NCBI GenBank assembly: GCA_951406725.2
Contig: OX597819.1
Coordinates: forward strand, 127,286,001 to 127,350,000
Origin: Octopus vulgaris
Lineage: Eukaryota
Reading direction: 5' to 3'
Length of the DNA: 64,000 bases
The translations under genes and the position numbers were made by a program. Shown here piece by piece: positions 39,289-52,700 of the stretch. The notes under the pieces were generated by a model, which ran no database searches, was not told the origin of the DNA, and saw only the letters and a program-made list of their open reading frames with translations. How positions within the stretch are numbered: position 1 is the stretch's first letter; every line of letters starts with the position of its first letter.

Positions 39289-39680
39289 CGAGGTGCGTTC
39301 GAAAAGTATCAGACGTTATTTTTCCCGCCAAAACTAATGCTGCGTGGGAAAAATCGTTTAGGTAGGAGGTGACGCAACCTTTTCTACTCATGCCCGAACA
39401 TTCTTGCACAGGTAGGCCGCGTTAGTTTCCGGCTGTTACGCCTAGAGTACAAAAGTGTAGTATGCTCTCGTCACAGTTTCGTTTTCACTTAACGCATCGA
39501 GTAAAGACATTGAATCAAATTTTGTTAAAAGTTTGGTGATACTCAAACTCAAACTTTCTAGAAGATTCAACAGACTTTTGCCAATGACGCTATGGCCAAA
39601 TTTCAGATTAAGGAGTGGTACAGCAGCTTCAAACATAGCCGCACCTCAGTGGAGAGAGAGGCACACTCAGGTAGCCATCT
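39289..39680 (+). mobile_element. Mariner 5' end: TIR plus decayed transposase HTH region
   Basis: TA|CGAGGTGCGTTCGAAAAGT; IKFC*KFGDTQTQTF*KIQQTFANDAM and IKEWYSSFKHSRTSVEREAHSG. Confidence 0.8.
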
Positions 39681-40133
39681 AGGCTTGATCCTTTGGTGAT
39701 AGTATCCCAAACTCTCTTAAGTCACAGACCACCATCCTCTTTCTTGAATAAAAAAAAATGAATATCGTGCACAATGTAGTACTTGGGTAATGGGACGAGC
39801 TTGATTGAAACGTCTTTGAGCATAGATATCCATAATCAGGGTTGACCTTTATCTCTAAAGCAATAGTGTAATCAACAAGAATTATAAATTCACCCAATAA
39901 TATTAGCATTCACTTCTGTTCTACTTTTCATCCATTGCTGGTTTAAAGTCTACTGCCAAATTGTCTATGCTGGTTGTAGGCCTAACAGTCCTAAATGGCC
40001 ATGCGTGTTGGATAGGATATTCTCGAGGTCGCGAGAATTTAAACTTACAACACAGAGAGACCCAGAACAAGTATAACAAGGCATTTAGTCCGATGCTCTA
40101 ACAACTTTACCATTTCGCTGACCTAATAATATA

Positions 40134-40364
40134 TATTTCTTTACTGTCCACAAGAGGCTAAACATAGAGGGGACAAACAAGGACAGACAAAGGGATTAAG
40201 TCGATTACATTGACCCCATTGCGAAACTGATACTTTATTTATCGACCACGAAAGTATGAAAGGCAAAGTCGACCTGGGCGGAATTTGAACTGAGAACGTA
40301 ACGACAGACGAAATACGGCGATGTATTTTGCCCGGCGTGCTAACGTTTCTGCCAGCTCGCCACC
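40134..40364 (-). mobile_element. SINE family A monomer
   Basis: TSD GCTGACCTAATAATA. Confidence 0.9.
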
Positions 40365-41971
40365 TTGCTGACCTAATAATACAGAAACAGAAAACCCCGA
40401 TAACGATGTCGTAATCATGAATCTCAACAAAAGTATTTTATACTCACTCATACCATGTAAAAGTTCAACCCATTTCGTTAGAGATTTCAGGTATAAATTT
40501 ATGAATTCTCCATCAGTTTTGATGACCTCGCAACAAAAGATGAAAGAAGGAACAAATCCCTTTGGCGAGTTCCTTTTATTGTTGCTTAGGCCAACATTGC
40601 TGGGAAGACTCATGATCAAAACCAGTAACGTCAAATCTTTCCCTTATAAATAACACATGTAGGACTGCACATTCTTATGTGCTGTCAATTTAAAACGATA
40701 TGATGTGCCTTAAGGGATATGTGGTTGCTATTTCTAGCTGAGCAATTGCCACACAGACCCACCCTTAACACGTTAACTAAAACTCACGAGAGTTTGAATG
40801 ATAGAGTTACTTCAGCTACTTAACAACATAACAAAGAAGGATAATTTCCAGGAACAGCTGTGGCTTAGAGTGAAATTTTTAAAATCATCAATATCATTTA
40901 ATATAGAAACTTGATACCTGCTGTCAATAACCGTCTACGTCATGGAAATATAATTTTTCGATAAAAAAAAAATACATTTAAGAGTCTGTCGCAGCAATCT
41001 GGCTCAATAGGGCGCCCGTTTAAAGACCGAAAAAAAAATATGGCTTGTTTACTGTAGTTGATAATCCCCTGCTGGATACAACTATACAATTATTAACCAA
41101 TTTGGATTTCACAGTTGTTTCCCTTACATTTCCCGGCAAGAATTATCATCAAACATAAACACTTGTTAGTGAAACTTTTAATTGATTACAAACATTATAT
41201 TTAGCTCATTACATGATGTTCGTTCACACTTAGCTATACATTTATTCTTCACGCAAAAGTCATAACGAAATATATAACTATTATACTTATGACAATCCTG
41301 AAAAGGAAACTAGTGACCGACTTTCAGCGCCGAAATAAATTATACGGTGAAGTTCATGAGTTTGTGTAAGCTCGTATACAGTAGGAAAAATGGGAGTTTG
41401 ATATTTCGGGCCGTGAACTCTGCTTCATAATAACACCTAAATACTTTATGAGTTGCTGCTTTTCTAACCAAACCTGTAAACGACGGCGTTACGGAGTTTC
41501 TTTTCTTTTTTTCTACAGGAAGGATGTGTATAGCGCTACATTATCTATGTCGACATTTTTATGACCTTAAAACGGGAATGGCCTACAAACTCTGTGGTTT
41601 TGCGATACACTGAAGAATAAATGAAAGACGTATTTGCATACTTCACAGAGATTTAAAGAGAAATGCTTTTAAAGATAAACATTTAGGGAAAAATGTAGCA
41701 AATTATCGTTAACTTTATTTCAAGAATAATACTTGTCTATAACAAAATCGTTACCCGCACGTCTTTTTCAAACATCTGTTACTAGCCTTAACATATGAAG
41801 GCTAGTAAAGCTTTGTAAAACTTTGAAGATTTGTAAAGCTTTGAAGGGTAAAGTTAAAAATCTGAGGCACAACGACTTAGTTTTGGTGACTCCTCATTTG
41901 AGGAACGAAAACTGCTAGCGTAAAGTATGAATTAGTATGAAAGGAATAGCAGTGCCCACGTCCATAGCATT

Positions 41972-42013
<42 letters not shown>

Positions 42014-42067
42014 CTTATATGTTTACAAGGGCTAGATAGGCATCTCCAACTAGCAGGCCATGCTACT

Positions 42068-42108
42068 CCAAACTGATGACGAGCAAAGACTCAGAAACTA
42101 ATCTCTGG
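42068..42108 (+). ncRNA. Degenerate hammerhead ribozyme on top of a 37-bp stem
   Basis: CCAAA-CTGATGA-CGAG(caaaga)CTCA-GAAAC-TA-ATC-TCTGG; flanked by inverted arms 42018-42054 / 42120-42156. Confidence 0.55.
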
Positions 42109-42314
42109 TTGCAGGTTTAGCTGGGTGGAGGTGCTTATCTACCCCTTGTAAACATAAGGACACAGGAAATGTGCCAAGGTCGACAGGAAGCGTTGCAGCT
42201 TCCTAGGGCTAAATATCAGTGATGTGATTCCTTTCATGGGACTGTCACATTAAGTTGATAGTATACAACTACTCTCTCTCTCACTATATATGTATATGGA
42301 TAGATATAGATATA

Positions 42315-42512
42315 ATACATACATATATACGTACATACATACATACGCACATACATACATACATACATACGCACATACATACATACATACATACATACAT
42401 ACATACATACATACATACATACATACATACATACATACATACATACATACATACATACATACATACATACATACATACATACATGCATACATACATACAT
42501 ACATACATACAT
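42315..42512. repeat. (TACA)n microsatellite
   Basis: Direct reading. Confidence 0.95.
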
Positions 42513-42532
42513 AGATGCATATATATATATAT

Positions 42533-42720
42533 TCTCTCCTTTTTGTCTTTCCTTTTTTTCTCTCCTTGTTTCTCTCCTTGTTTTTTCTGTGTCCCTTTCC
42601 GTAGAAGAGCGTAGGCTCGAAATGTAAAAGACTTTTTCTATTCCTGAGCGTTATACTAATACATTTGTTTTTGTACACCACCTGTCTTTGTCTTTTGTTT
42701 TTTTTTCGTAAACTCTCCCT
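42533..42720 (+). mobile_element. Second copy of the (TA)n-embedded repeat at 14691-14870, HHR-like motif at 42591-42632
   Basis: CTTT-CCGTAGA-A-GAGC(gtag)GCTC-GAAATGTA-AAAG; (TA)n on both sides. Confidence 0.65.
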
Positions 42721-44962
42721 ATGTATATATATATATATATACTCATATATATATATATAAAGCAAATATGAAGACTGAGTAATGCATGTTTAATGCTTCA
42801 GTGTGCCTTAGTATTTTCATCCCATTTCGAAGATTTTCGTTCGGAGCGTAGCTAGTAAAAGAAAAGGGATGCTACACAAGAAGAGAATGAATGGTCATCC
42901 ATTTAGCTGATGGTTCAAATTTTAATCTACTCATTTAGCGAATGAAATGTAGCGGTCGCGTTTAAATCACATTATTTTCTAGAAAATCTAAACCGTCTCC
43001 CTCTCAGCTCAGTGGGTGTTCGACCAGCCACACGAGCGATCATACGATAGAAAATAGCAATAAAATATTGTACTGACATACATATACTGCTACATAACGA
43101 TGTAATAACACATTCATATAGTTATTATACTGGTCGCATCATTTGCCTCCTAGTTAACATCTTTTAAACATTAAATTTTTAATAGACGATACATTTACCA
43201 TACAAATCCCTCGAAAATGGCTATGAGAGAAATTTTAAACATTAGTCGCATAAAAAATACGTTCGGTAATTTTACAGTTTTGGTTATAATAATGCAAATA
43301 TAATTGAATGTTAGGGTAAAAAAATATACACACAAGCATATAAAGCAGTTTTCTAACCATTGGAAATTACACTATGAAAATGATCTCTTTAAACTGACTC
43401 GTGTATATTTGTATGTTTGTTCCTCTGCAAGGTCTCTCTATGAATCTGTATGTACGTAATTTTTTTCATTTAAGTTTGTTTCCAATGCAAAAATAATTTG
43501 CGTTCGAGTATTTATGAGATTATATGATACAATTAGGTAATCAACTGCTCAGTTTTTATGGTAAAGTTTGCCAGCAATTGTATTTATTATTCTCTCCCTC
43601 TTATATTTACAATTTCTCTCTTGGTTCCTCTTCAGTGTCTCACGTTTCTAACCCACTCTTTCTCTCCTTCTCTCACCGCTGTTGCATGTGTGTGTATGTG
43701 TGTGTGTGTTTCTTTGTGTGCATGCGTGTGCATACATATCGTGTGTGCACACATGTATGTATTTTTGTATATGTACATGCATGTGTCTATATAACTACAC
43801 AAACACATACGCACACTCGTACATATTTGTGCTTACACACACACAGACACACAGACACACACAGACACACACACAGACATACACACACAGACACACACAC
43901 ACACACACACATACACACATATGAATATGATATATGTCATAATGGTTATTTTACAAGAACGCATAACGACGAAGAGAAACACGGATACACATTCTCTTAC
44001 TTGTACGTATTTACGCGCACACATACATTTATGATCCATGTAAATGAGAACCGGTAATTTAATTATTCATATTTCCAAATTCATTTAAAATAGTAATTTG
44101 CCAGGAAAAGTTTTGTCATCTCTCTACTTCCACCGTTCTTTGCTCCAGATTTGTTAACTACCTATCAAGATGTATAATTTCATTTCATACGTTGCCCTCA
44201 ATATCAAGTTAATGGTGAAATACTAACTTTCGGAGACGCTGGGTCTAGTGGCAGTTTCTGAATGGGAGAGATGGGGACCTAACCAAATACAGTATGACAT
44301 CCTGCTCTGTGACTCAGTATTTTGTGATCCAATCTCGACTATAAACGTCAATTTATGCCACCGTAACGTCAACCTAAGCAATTCGTTTTCTCTCCTCCCG
44401 ATTTCATTCCATACACGTACCCTTGTTAAGATTTTTCAAATCCTTCCTCCATAAATTTACTACTGGTTGCCATGGTTTCTTTGACTACAACCTCCTTCGT
44501 AAAAATCAAACAAAAAATAACCCTCTGGCTTCTTGGATGCATAACCTCACTTCTCTCATTGATCCCACAACTTTTGATGGAGTCGTTGTGTTGTTTCTAT
44601 ATGCGGAGTGTTTAGGGCATTTTAAACTTGATGGTACCTATTATTCTTCGGGTCAGAACGCAATCATTTTTTTTATTTATTTAGAGAGAAAAAAAATAGA
44701 GAAATTGAAACTGAAGGATAATCGGCCTCAGTGCGGGACAGGTAATTTATATACTAACTCCAAAAGGAATAAAGACACAGCTGACCTCGTCTGAATTAAC
44801 TTTTGAGTATAGAGAGCCTGAGTCATAAGGTATTCTATCAAACCCTCTAACGACTGAATTAACGCATCACCTTCAGCTGCACATTAAATACATCACCTTC
44901 TGAAATTACCTTTCTCAATCAGACTAAAAAGTAATTTTTAATTAGTGGATCTCCAGTGTCAC

Positions 44963-46520
44963 CACTGAACGTAAAACGAAGTCCAGCAATGGCACCATTT
45001 ATGTACATGTACCGATTCCATTTGTATTCACTTGTTTGGCTGCGTCTCATAATACAGTTTTATATGCGTATATATATATATATATATAAAATTAGAAAAG
45101 AAAACACCTTTTATCAATTCAAAATGGACAATTAAATTACACCATCTAGAAAATTACATATTACATAAATTTGATTTAGTATTTCTAAATTGAATTTTTT
45201 TCCTTGTAAGTTTGGATTTTATTCCCTCAAATAATAATTATATATATATATATAAAGTAACTGAAACCAAAATGTTATTTATTTATAAATAATTTTTGAT
45301 TAGTTGATAATGTACTGTGGATGAATTCATCTGAATATAATTCAGTAGATTGTTTATAAAAATATCATGATTATCTTTAACATTTCACTGTCTTACAATG
45401 TATAATGAATGCAGGATATCGACAAAATCTCCCAGGTCATTGAAGAAAATGCGGCACGATGTTTAAACCGCAAATCTTTACGTTCTGTTTCCGAGATCTG
45501 TCGATATCCATTACGCATTATTTTTCCTTCCCTGGTAAATATCAGTCAGAATTCAAATCTATATAACTGGCAGCTCAGTTCTCCCCTGAAATTTTGTCTC
45601 TAAGGTAGATAACCAAGGGAAAGATTGCTCAGTCGACAGGTGTCCTGCTTCTTGGACCGGATGAAGAATCGAAAATTCGTAAGATATCTTTGAGATTGAG
45701 TTGTCTCTGTACAAAGTCAATGGTTTTGCAAATAAATGATAAAATAGTTTAACGAATCTAACATTAAGAGTTAGGAAAATAATGAGACAAATTACTTTGA
45801 TGAAAAGCGAAAGGTGCTGCTGCAAATAATGATAGAAAGCACAGTGTATAGAAGAAGCTGTAGTAAATGTAGGGGCTCATAAGAGTGAACCACTAAAGAT
45901 TGTACGTTGTCGGTAGCATCAAATTTTATTGAAATGACAAAGTTTATCGCGCATAAACTCTGATATAAAAACATGTACAACTAAACAATTCTTTACAATA
46001 AATGAAAATTTTCAGAACCAGTCTAAAATATCACTGTATGCTGTAAATATTTAAAACGTATTTAATCTACAGAAAACATTCTTTTATAAATAAATAACAT
46101 TTTGGTTTCAGTTACTTTATATATATATATAAAGAGAGTCAGAGAGTAAATTTTAATACTATCATGTTCTTAAGAATGGAATTAACCTCTCTGTCTGTAT
46201 ATATACCCTCTTTATAATGTTGGCAAACGAAATGGAGATAAGAATATGTATTGACCGTTTGATGGAAGATTTCTATAAATGGCTGAAGATTGCTCAACAT
46301 TTTAAAACTGATGTAATACTTACAATGTTTAATAAAATGAAGTAGCATGAAACGATTGTACCACATTAGCTCGGATTTACTTGTTGCTTATTTTGATTAT
46401 ATATATATATATATATATATGTATAAAACTGTATTATGAGACGCAGCCAAACAAGTGAATGCAAATGGAATCGGTACATGTACATAAATGGACTTGCTGG
46501 ACTTCGTTTTAGGTTCAGTG
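44963..46520. repeat. About 100-bp inverted repeat pair (44963-45064 / 46422-46520)
   Basis: CACTGAAC.TAAAACGAAGTCCAGCAA..CATAATACAGTTTTATA and its reverse complement. Confidence 0.85.
46280..46363 (+). ncRNA. Candidate hammerhead ribozyme with extended stem II, in a (TA)n-flanked element at 46130-46400
   Basis: TGG-CTGAAGA-T-TGCT..CATTTT..TGTAA(tac)TTACA..AAAATG..AGCA-T-GAAAC-GATT-GTA-CCA. Confidence 0.65.
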
Positions 46521-46983
46521 ACTGATGTTTGTTAGAAGCAGTTTGTAAAATGTGCTCTCACCAGTTCAGTGTCAGCTGCCTTTTCCGATTGGAATAACAG
46601 AGACACTAATTCAGCAACATTCTATAAATTTATTTCAGGAAACTGCAATAGCAAATGAAACGACATTAGCTGTATTAAGAGGCTAGTAATCCGGCGAGAA
46701 GGCCTGGCTTCGAACGAGGTCACCTTACTGCCAAATAAAATTTCTTAATATCAGTTCCGTTAGTCATTCATGTTTTGGTTTATTTACTCAGGAGAGAAAA
46801 ATCCAAATTAACTTTCTAAAATATGTAATTGGATCTTTCTATCATATGTCAGTTTTTCCTCACTGCATATTTATTTTTAGTTAACATTTTAATACTCAAA
46901 GAATTCAATACGTTAACGCTTTGTTTTGAAAATCTCGAAAATATTTGCTTGATTCCAAATAAATTGTTTAGTATTTCGAAAAT

Positions 46984-47374
46984 ATTGTTGTATTTAGGAA
47001 TGGTTATTTTGCCAGTTTAGCCAATAAAAACACACGCACTATATATTTGGTGTTACTTTGCTTCAGCGTAATTCATTTTTTACATTAATCTTTATCTTCT
47101 TTCAGCCAGAGTTCATTCGTCACACTCCTGTGACTGCATCAGTGGTCCTTTGCTTTCTTCTTTCTTATTTGTTTGTCTCTCCTTACTAACGGTCAGCCAT
47201 TTTGTATTTTGTAGTTCTATTGTACGTGTCTTCATTTGCGCATGCATATACCTCTATGTGTGTCTATGTTTAGTTACTGTGTTTATTGGCTAAACTGGCA
47301 AAATGAACGTTCCTAAATACAACAATATCTGTTTCAACACACGATTTCACATCAAAAATCTTGCAAAACAAATA
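46984..47374 (+). mobile_element. Penelope-pLTR-like insertion with inverted 5' segment; degenerate HHR at 47106-47145 (-)
   Basis: About 50-bp inverted repeat (46982-47035 / 47279-47328); 12-bp TSD TATTTCGAAAAT; 3' tail similar to that of 10392-10725. Confidence 0.75.
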
Positions 47375-47705
47375 TATTTCGAAAATGCAACCTGGAAAAT
47401 AATAATCGGGACAGTTTCAATGGGTTCCAAAGAAAAGTCACATTTCTAAAAGTCATAACTGTTTCGAATAAAGTACAAAGTTCTTACTTCAGGTTGCAGA
47501 AATCATTACAAATTTGTGTGGAATTGTTTATGGTGTGCGGGAAGCTATTTATATAGTTTTTGAAACGTGATTCGTGATAGAAAGAAAAATGTCTTGCAAT
47601 CACAGTGAACAAGACACGGCCAAAATCTGTTACTTGATAGCAAATTTCGCCACTGGCGTAATTATTCAAACTAAAAGTATATTACGCAAAAAAAGAGACG
47701 GCTCT

Positions 47706-48114
47706 GATCTTTTCGGTTTGAACGGCAGTTTTTAAAAATAATTTCCACGTAACTAAACACTTTTAAACTTCGTATACTGGTAGAATGTGTTTATAAAACA
47801 TCTTCTTCTCTTGGCTTTATTGAGAAAATTCTATAGTTTGTAAGATATTTGTTGTTTTTTTCTTCAATTTCTGCAATTTCAACCAATCAATGACCGTCTA
47901 TTGAGGTGAAAACATTCTGTGCCGTATGAAAATGTACTTCGTTTAAGAAACAGATAGGGTTTATTTATATTTCTGAAGAAAAATAGATACCCTCACCCCT
48001 ACCCCTAACCCTAAAATAGATTGAAATGCAATAGATCGATACTAGGGTCATAATTATGGGTGAAAATTTCATACGACACCGCTAGAAAAACTGCCGTTCT
48101 AACCGAAAAGATCC
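47706..48114. mobile_element. MITE with 28-bp TIRs, probably Mutator-like
   Basis: GATCTTTTCGGTTTGAACGGCAGTTTTT / AAAAACTGCCGTTCTAACCGAAAAGATC; TSD GACGGCTCT at 47697-47705 and 48115-48123. Confidence 0.9.
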
Positions 48115-48810
48115 GACGGCTCTACTCATATGCCGGTTGTATCATCTGATCTTTTGGATTGTTTGTGAAACGATGGTGTAATTATGACGTATGTATATAT
48201 TTATGTAAATGTATGTAAACACACACGTTTATACATATATATATTCATACATAATACACAAACACACACACATACACACACGCAAGTAAATATCATCTCG
48301 CGCAAAAAGAAACAATTTACGAATTGTAGATTTATGAATTATGTCGTAATTCTGAACTCATAGGAACTATGAAGAATTATCCTGCAATTCCTCTGCCTAT
48401 ATTGGATGACACTAAAATTAATCAGTGTAAAACACATGGTGATTAGTGTCAAATTTGTAATCGACTTTTACGGCAAGATTCGTAGTTTTGCGTCAGTCAT
48501 TTTATATATTAGTGTCTATGTTTTCTGCTATTAACTAGCATAGTTCGTTTAAAGGAAAGAACTCTAAATTCCCTCCGCACAACTATCAGCATAATACTAC
48601 TGGGAGTTTTAATTTCGTTTCATTCGGGGAACTGATATAATTCGATACATTCGCGGTTTAGAAATTTCGAAACATACTGCTTCCATGGAAGCCATCAGCT
48701 GTTTATTGCTAAGAAAGTACTACATTAAAAAATCATGCCAACGATTATGTTTCTCTAGAATATAAAGAAAAGAAAAACAAAACAGGTCTCTCTCTCTATA
48801 TATATATATA

Positions 48811-49221
48811 GGCGCAGGAGTGGCTGCGTGGTAAGTAGCTTGTTTACCAATCACATGGTTCTTGGTTGAGATCCACTGCGTGGCACCTTGGGCAAGTGTC
48901 TTCCACTATAGCCTCGGCCCGACCAAAGCCTTGTGAGTGGATTTGGTAGACGGAAACTGAAAGAAGCCCGTCATATATATGTATATATATATGTGTGTAT
49001 ATGTTTGTGTGTATATGTTTGTGTGTCTGTGGTTGTCCCCACAACATCGTTTGACAACCGATGGTGGTGTGTTTATGTCCCCGTTATTTAGCGGCTCGGC
49101 AAATGCTACCGATAGAGTAAGTACTAGGCTTCCAAAGAATAAGTCCTGTGGTCGATTTTGCTCGACTAAAGGTGGTGCTCCAGCATGGCCGCAGTCAAAT
49201 GACTGAAACAAATAAAAGAGT
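48811..49221 (+). mobile_element. SINE family B
   Basis: Full-length consensus match. Confidence 0.9.
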
Positions 49222-50723
49222 ATATATATATATAAGCTCTGTATTAACATTGGAAGGATTTTGTTGGAAATGTGGCGTTGGACAGAACTGAGGACCGCCA
49301 AAGACAGCTCATCTGACAGCTTCATAGGTTTCATTCCATAGAAGTTTATTTAATCGATTATAAAACCCTTCTATTTAACAATCAAATAACGGGGGTAGGG
49401 AATATTCAATACTATGTTATTGACACCTGTTTTATTTTATTTTTGAAATAATGGAACATATTCATATGGTATCAATGAAGATTCTATATAACCAATGAAA
49501 ATGTTACAGAAACCGTTGGTTTATTCGATGTGTGTTGTTCATTGTAAAGTTTAACTCTTTATAATTCGTCAGGATAAATTCTGTTAATTCTATTAGTGAC
49601 TTGTGATCTCCAGACTAAACAAAATTATCGAAATTAACGAAATGTTATCGCCAAGCAGTGTTTGGGCAAAATGTGAGTTAGTTAAAATATCTTTGTGAAA
49701 TATTTCAACTGCTAAAAGGCAAATATGTTGTAGTTACTGTGAGGAAAGTATTTCTTTTTTGGTAAAAGGTGTGAAAACATCCGGTTTGTGCAGTGTTGCT
49801 ATCTATCAGGAAGCCCAGACATCGATGTTTCGAGTTTTTGACCCTTCCCAGTGAAAGGTACCTAAAGTGGTTGTTGATGTTGCGGGTGTTGTTTAACTGA
49901 AGGTAAATTCTACCCAGGCAGATTCATGTTCAATAAAATATCACTCGTGAATGTCGTGTATTTTTAGCAGTATCTAAGACTTTCTTTAATTTATATAACA
50001 AACTGTTCGGCTGCAAACTGGCAGATGCATTACCGCGCCGGAAGAAAATACAATGTGGTATTTCTTCCAGCATTACGTTCTGAGTTCAAATGTCTCCGAG
50101 GTCAACTTTACTTTTCATCTTTCCGGGGTCGATAAAATAAGTACCAGTTGAACACTGGGGTCGATGTAATCGACTTATCTCTTCCCCCAAACTTGCTGGC
50201 CTTCTGCAAAAAATTTTAATCCAGAATAGCAAAATGGGATAAGAAAGTGATTTGGCTGTTATTTCTAACTGATTGTGTGAACATGCATATACTCTGTCGC
50301 AGATTCACATAGAGGCTCCTTTGATCCATCTAATGTTTCTAGGCACGTCACCATTCTGTATTCTGCTCCTTTTTGATACATTATTTGAAGTCGGTGTATT
50401 AGCTGAAATGTTGGGCCATCTTTAGCTAGAAGGCCTGCATGGGAATATCCATTCTGGATTTCTGTGTTCAAATCCCGCAGAGGTCAAAATTCATTTTTAT
50501 CTTTTCGGTATTAAAGTAGATTCTTCGTCTTTCTTCGTACTTTTTTAATGTTGATTTTACGTGCAATTCAGAAGTCAAAACTTTATATAATTCTTATATT
50601 CCGTCTGGTTATTACGTTAAGAGTGCAGGTGTTTGAGGAATAGTCAGTCACTTATATTCTAATTTCAGAAGCAGGAATTTAAGTGATCGAATACGTGGAT
50701 CACCAAAACCGACACGTATGTAT

Positions 50724-50792
<69 letters not shown>

Positions 50793-50869
50793 CACACACA
50801 CACACACACGAATGTATGGATGTGTATGTTTGTATATATGTGTGTATGTGAATATATATAAATAAATAA

Positions 50870-50906
<37 letters not shown>

Positions 50907-51675
50907 CACACACGCACATATATACTTATTTATTTGTGGTAAGATTTTCAACAAGTAGTGTGACATTCGATCATTTTGGAGAGAAAAGATCTCATGACAG
51001 AAACCACCAAAAGCCTTATGAAATACAGCTAGTCAGACTTCCTGACCGAAATATTAGTAATCTAGACAAAATAACTCATGAACTCTCTGAAAATGAAAAT
51101 ACACCAGGCTAACAAATTGGTCTTGAGATTGATGTTGGGTATTCTGGGTATTCAGTAATCCGAATTCAAAACCTGCAATTTTGTAATGTCACTGGAAAAT
51201 ACAAACAAGTATGGGGTTGTATACGTCTATTGAGGACTAATGATTGTTTGTGACAAGTATATGGAGGAATTTAGTTCGATAGACCGATGTCATTAATCGA
51301 TCAATCCTTGGTCTATCGAGTGAAAATAGAAGAACAAACCTGTTATCTTCTTCAGGGCCAAAGTGAATTGATTCACTTCCCTGAAATTGTTCTATGGAAA
51401 TTAGACCCCGTCAAACTTTATCCGGAGCAATTGTTAGTCCTCAATAAATAAACCGTCTCATTACAATTAAACCTATATTCTTCGCACTAGTCTAAATTTA
51501 TAACTTATCGCAAACATAGAGGGGACAAACAAGGACAGACAAAGGAATTAAGTCGATTACATCGACCCCAGTGTGAAACTGGTACTTTATTTATCGACAC
51601 CGAAAGCAATTGTTAGCCCTCATTAAATGTATATAATTCATTATCTGTGTGTATTTGATAAGTATATATAACAAT

Positions 51676-52089
51676 GGCGGCGAGCTGGCAGAAACGTTAG
51701 CACGCCGGGCGAAATGCTTTGCGGTATTTCGTCTGTCGTTACGCTCTGAGTTCAAATTCCACCGAGGTCGACTTTGCCTTTCATCCTTTCGGAGTCGATT
51801 AAATAAGTACCAGTTACGCACTGAGGTCGATTTAAACAACTTAATCCGTTGTCTGTCCTTGTTTGTCCTCTCTGTGTTTAGCCCCTTGTGAGTAGTAAAG
51901 AAATAGGTAGTTTGTCTGTAGTTAGGTTCTGAGTTCAAATTCCGCCCAGGTCGACTTTGCCTTTCATCCTTTCGGGGTCGATAAATAAAGTACCAGTTTC
52001 ACACTGGGGTCGATGTAATCGACTTAATCTGTTTGTCTGTCCTTGTTTGTCCTCTCTGTGTTTAACCCCTTGTGGACAGTAAAGAAATA
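51676..52089 (+). mobile_element. SINE family A dimer
   Basis: Junction at 51905/51906; TSD-like TATATATAAC. Confidence 0.9.
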
Positions 52090-52668
52090 TATATATAACT
52101 CTGTGTGTGTGTGTGTGTGTGTGTTTGTTTAAAATTTTAGAGTGATTGAGTTTAGCACGTCACTCCTATTTAACGCTACACACAGTCTATGATCGCATTT
52201 GGCGGTGTTTAAGATATTCTGTAAGCATTCGTAACGTATCACACTTCTCTGGTTTTCTCCTTGCCCTTATTTCTCATTAAGACGTTGACCTGCAGATTTC
52301 CCTGCTCAATATTTCAACCGTATTAACCTTAGCAGTTTGGGAGGATCTGGAAAGGTCATGTGTACTCTCGCACCTCGTCCTCTGACAAAACTTATGATAA
52401 CAAGATACACAGACTCATTAAAATGCACTTGGCCACAATAACACAGTGTTTGCGATGATAAGTTATAAATTTAGACTCGTGCGAAGAATATAGGTTTAAT
52501 TGTAATGAGACGGTGCTGTATACTTAGAAACACAAATACACAAATATGCGCACGTACGAGATGCACGGCCAGTAATACTCTCCTTCTCTTTTAGCATATG
52601 TGTGAGTTTATGTGTGTGTACTTATGCACATATGCACGTATATGTGCGCATATCTATACACGTACATA

Positions 52669-52700
<32 letters not shown>

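Noticed and set aside
41490-41620. Strong + strand splice-acceptor-like TTTTCTACAG
   Set aside because: All frames close quickly and no clear donor follows
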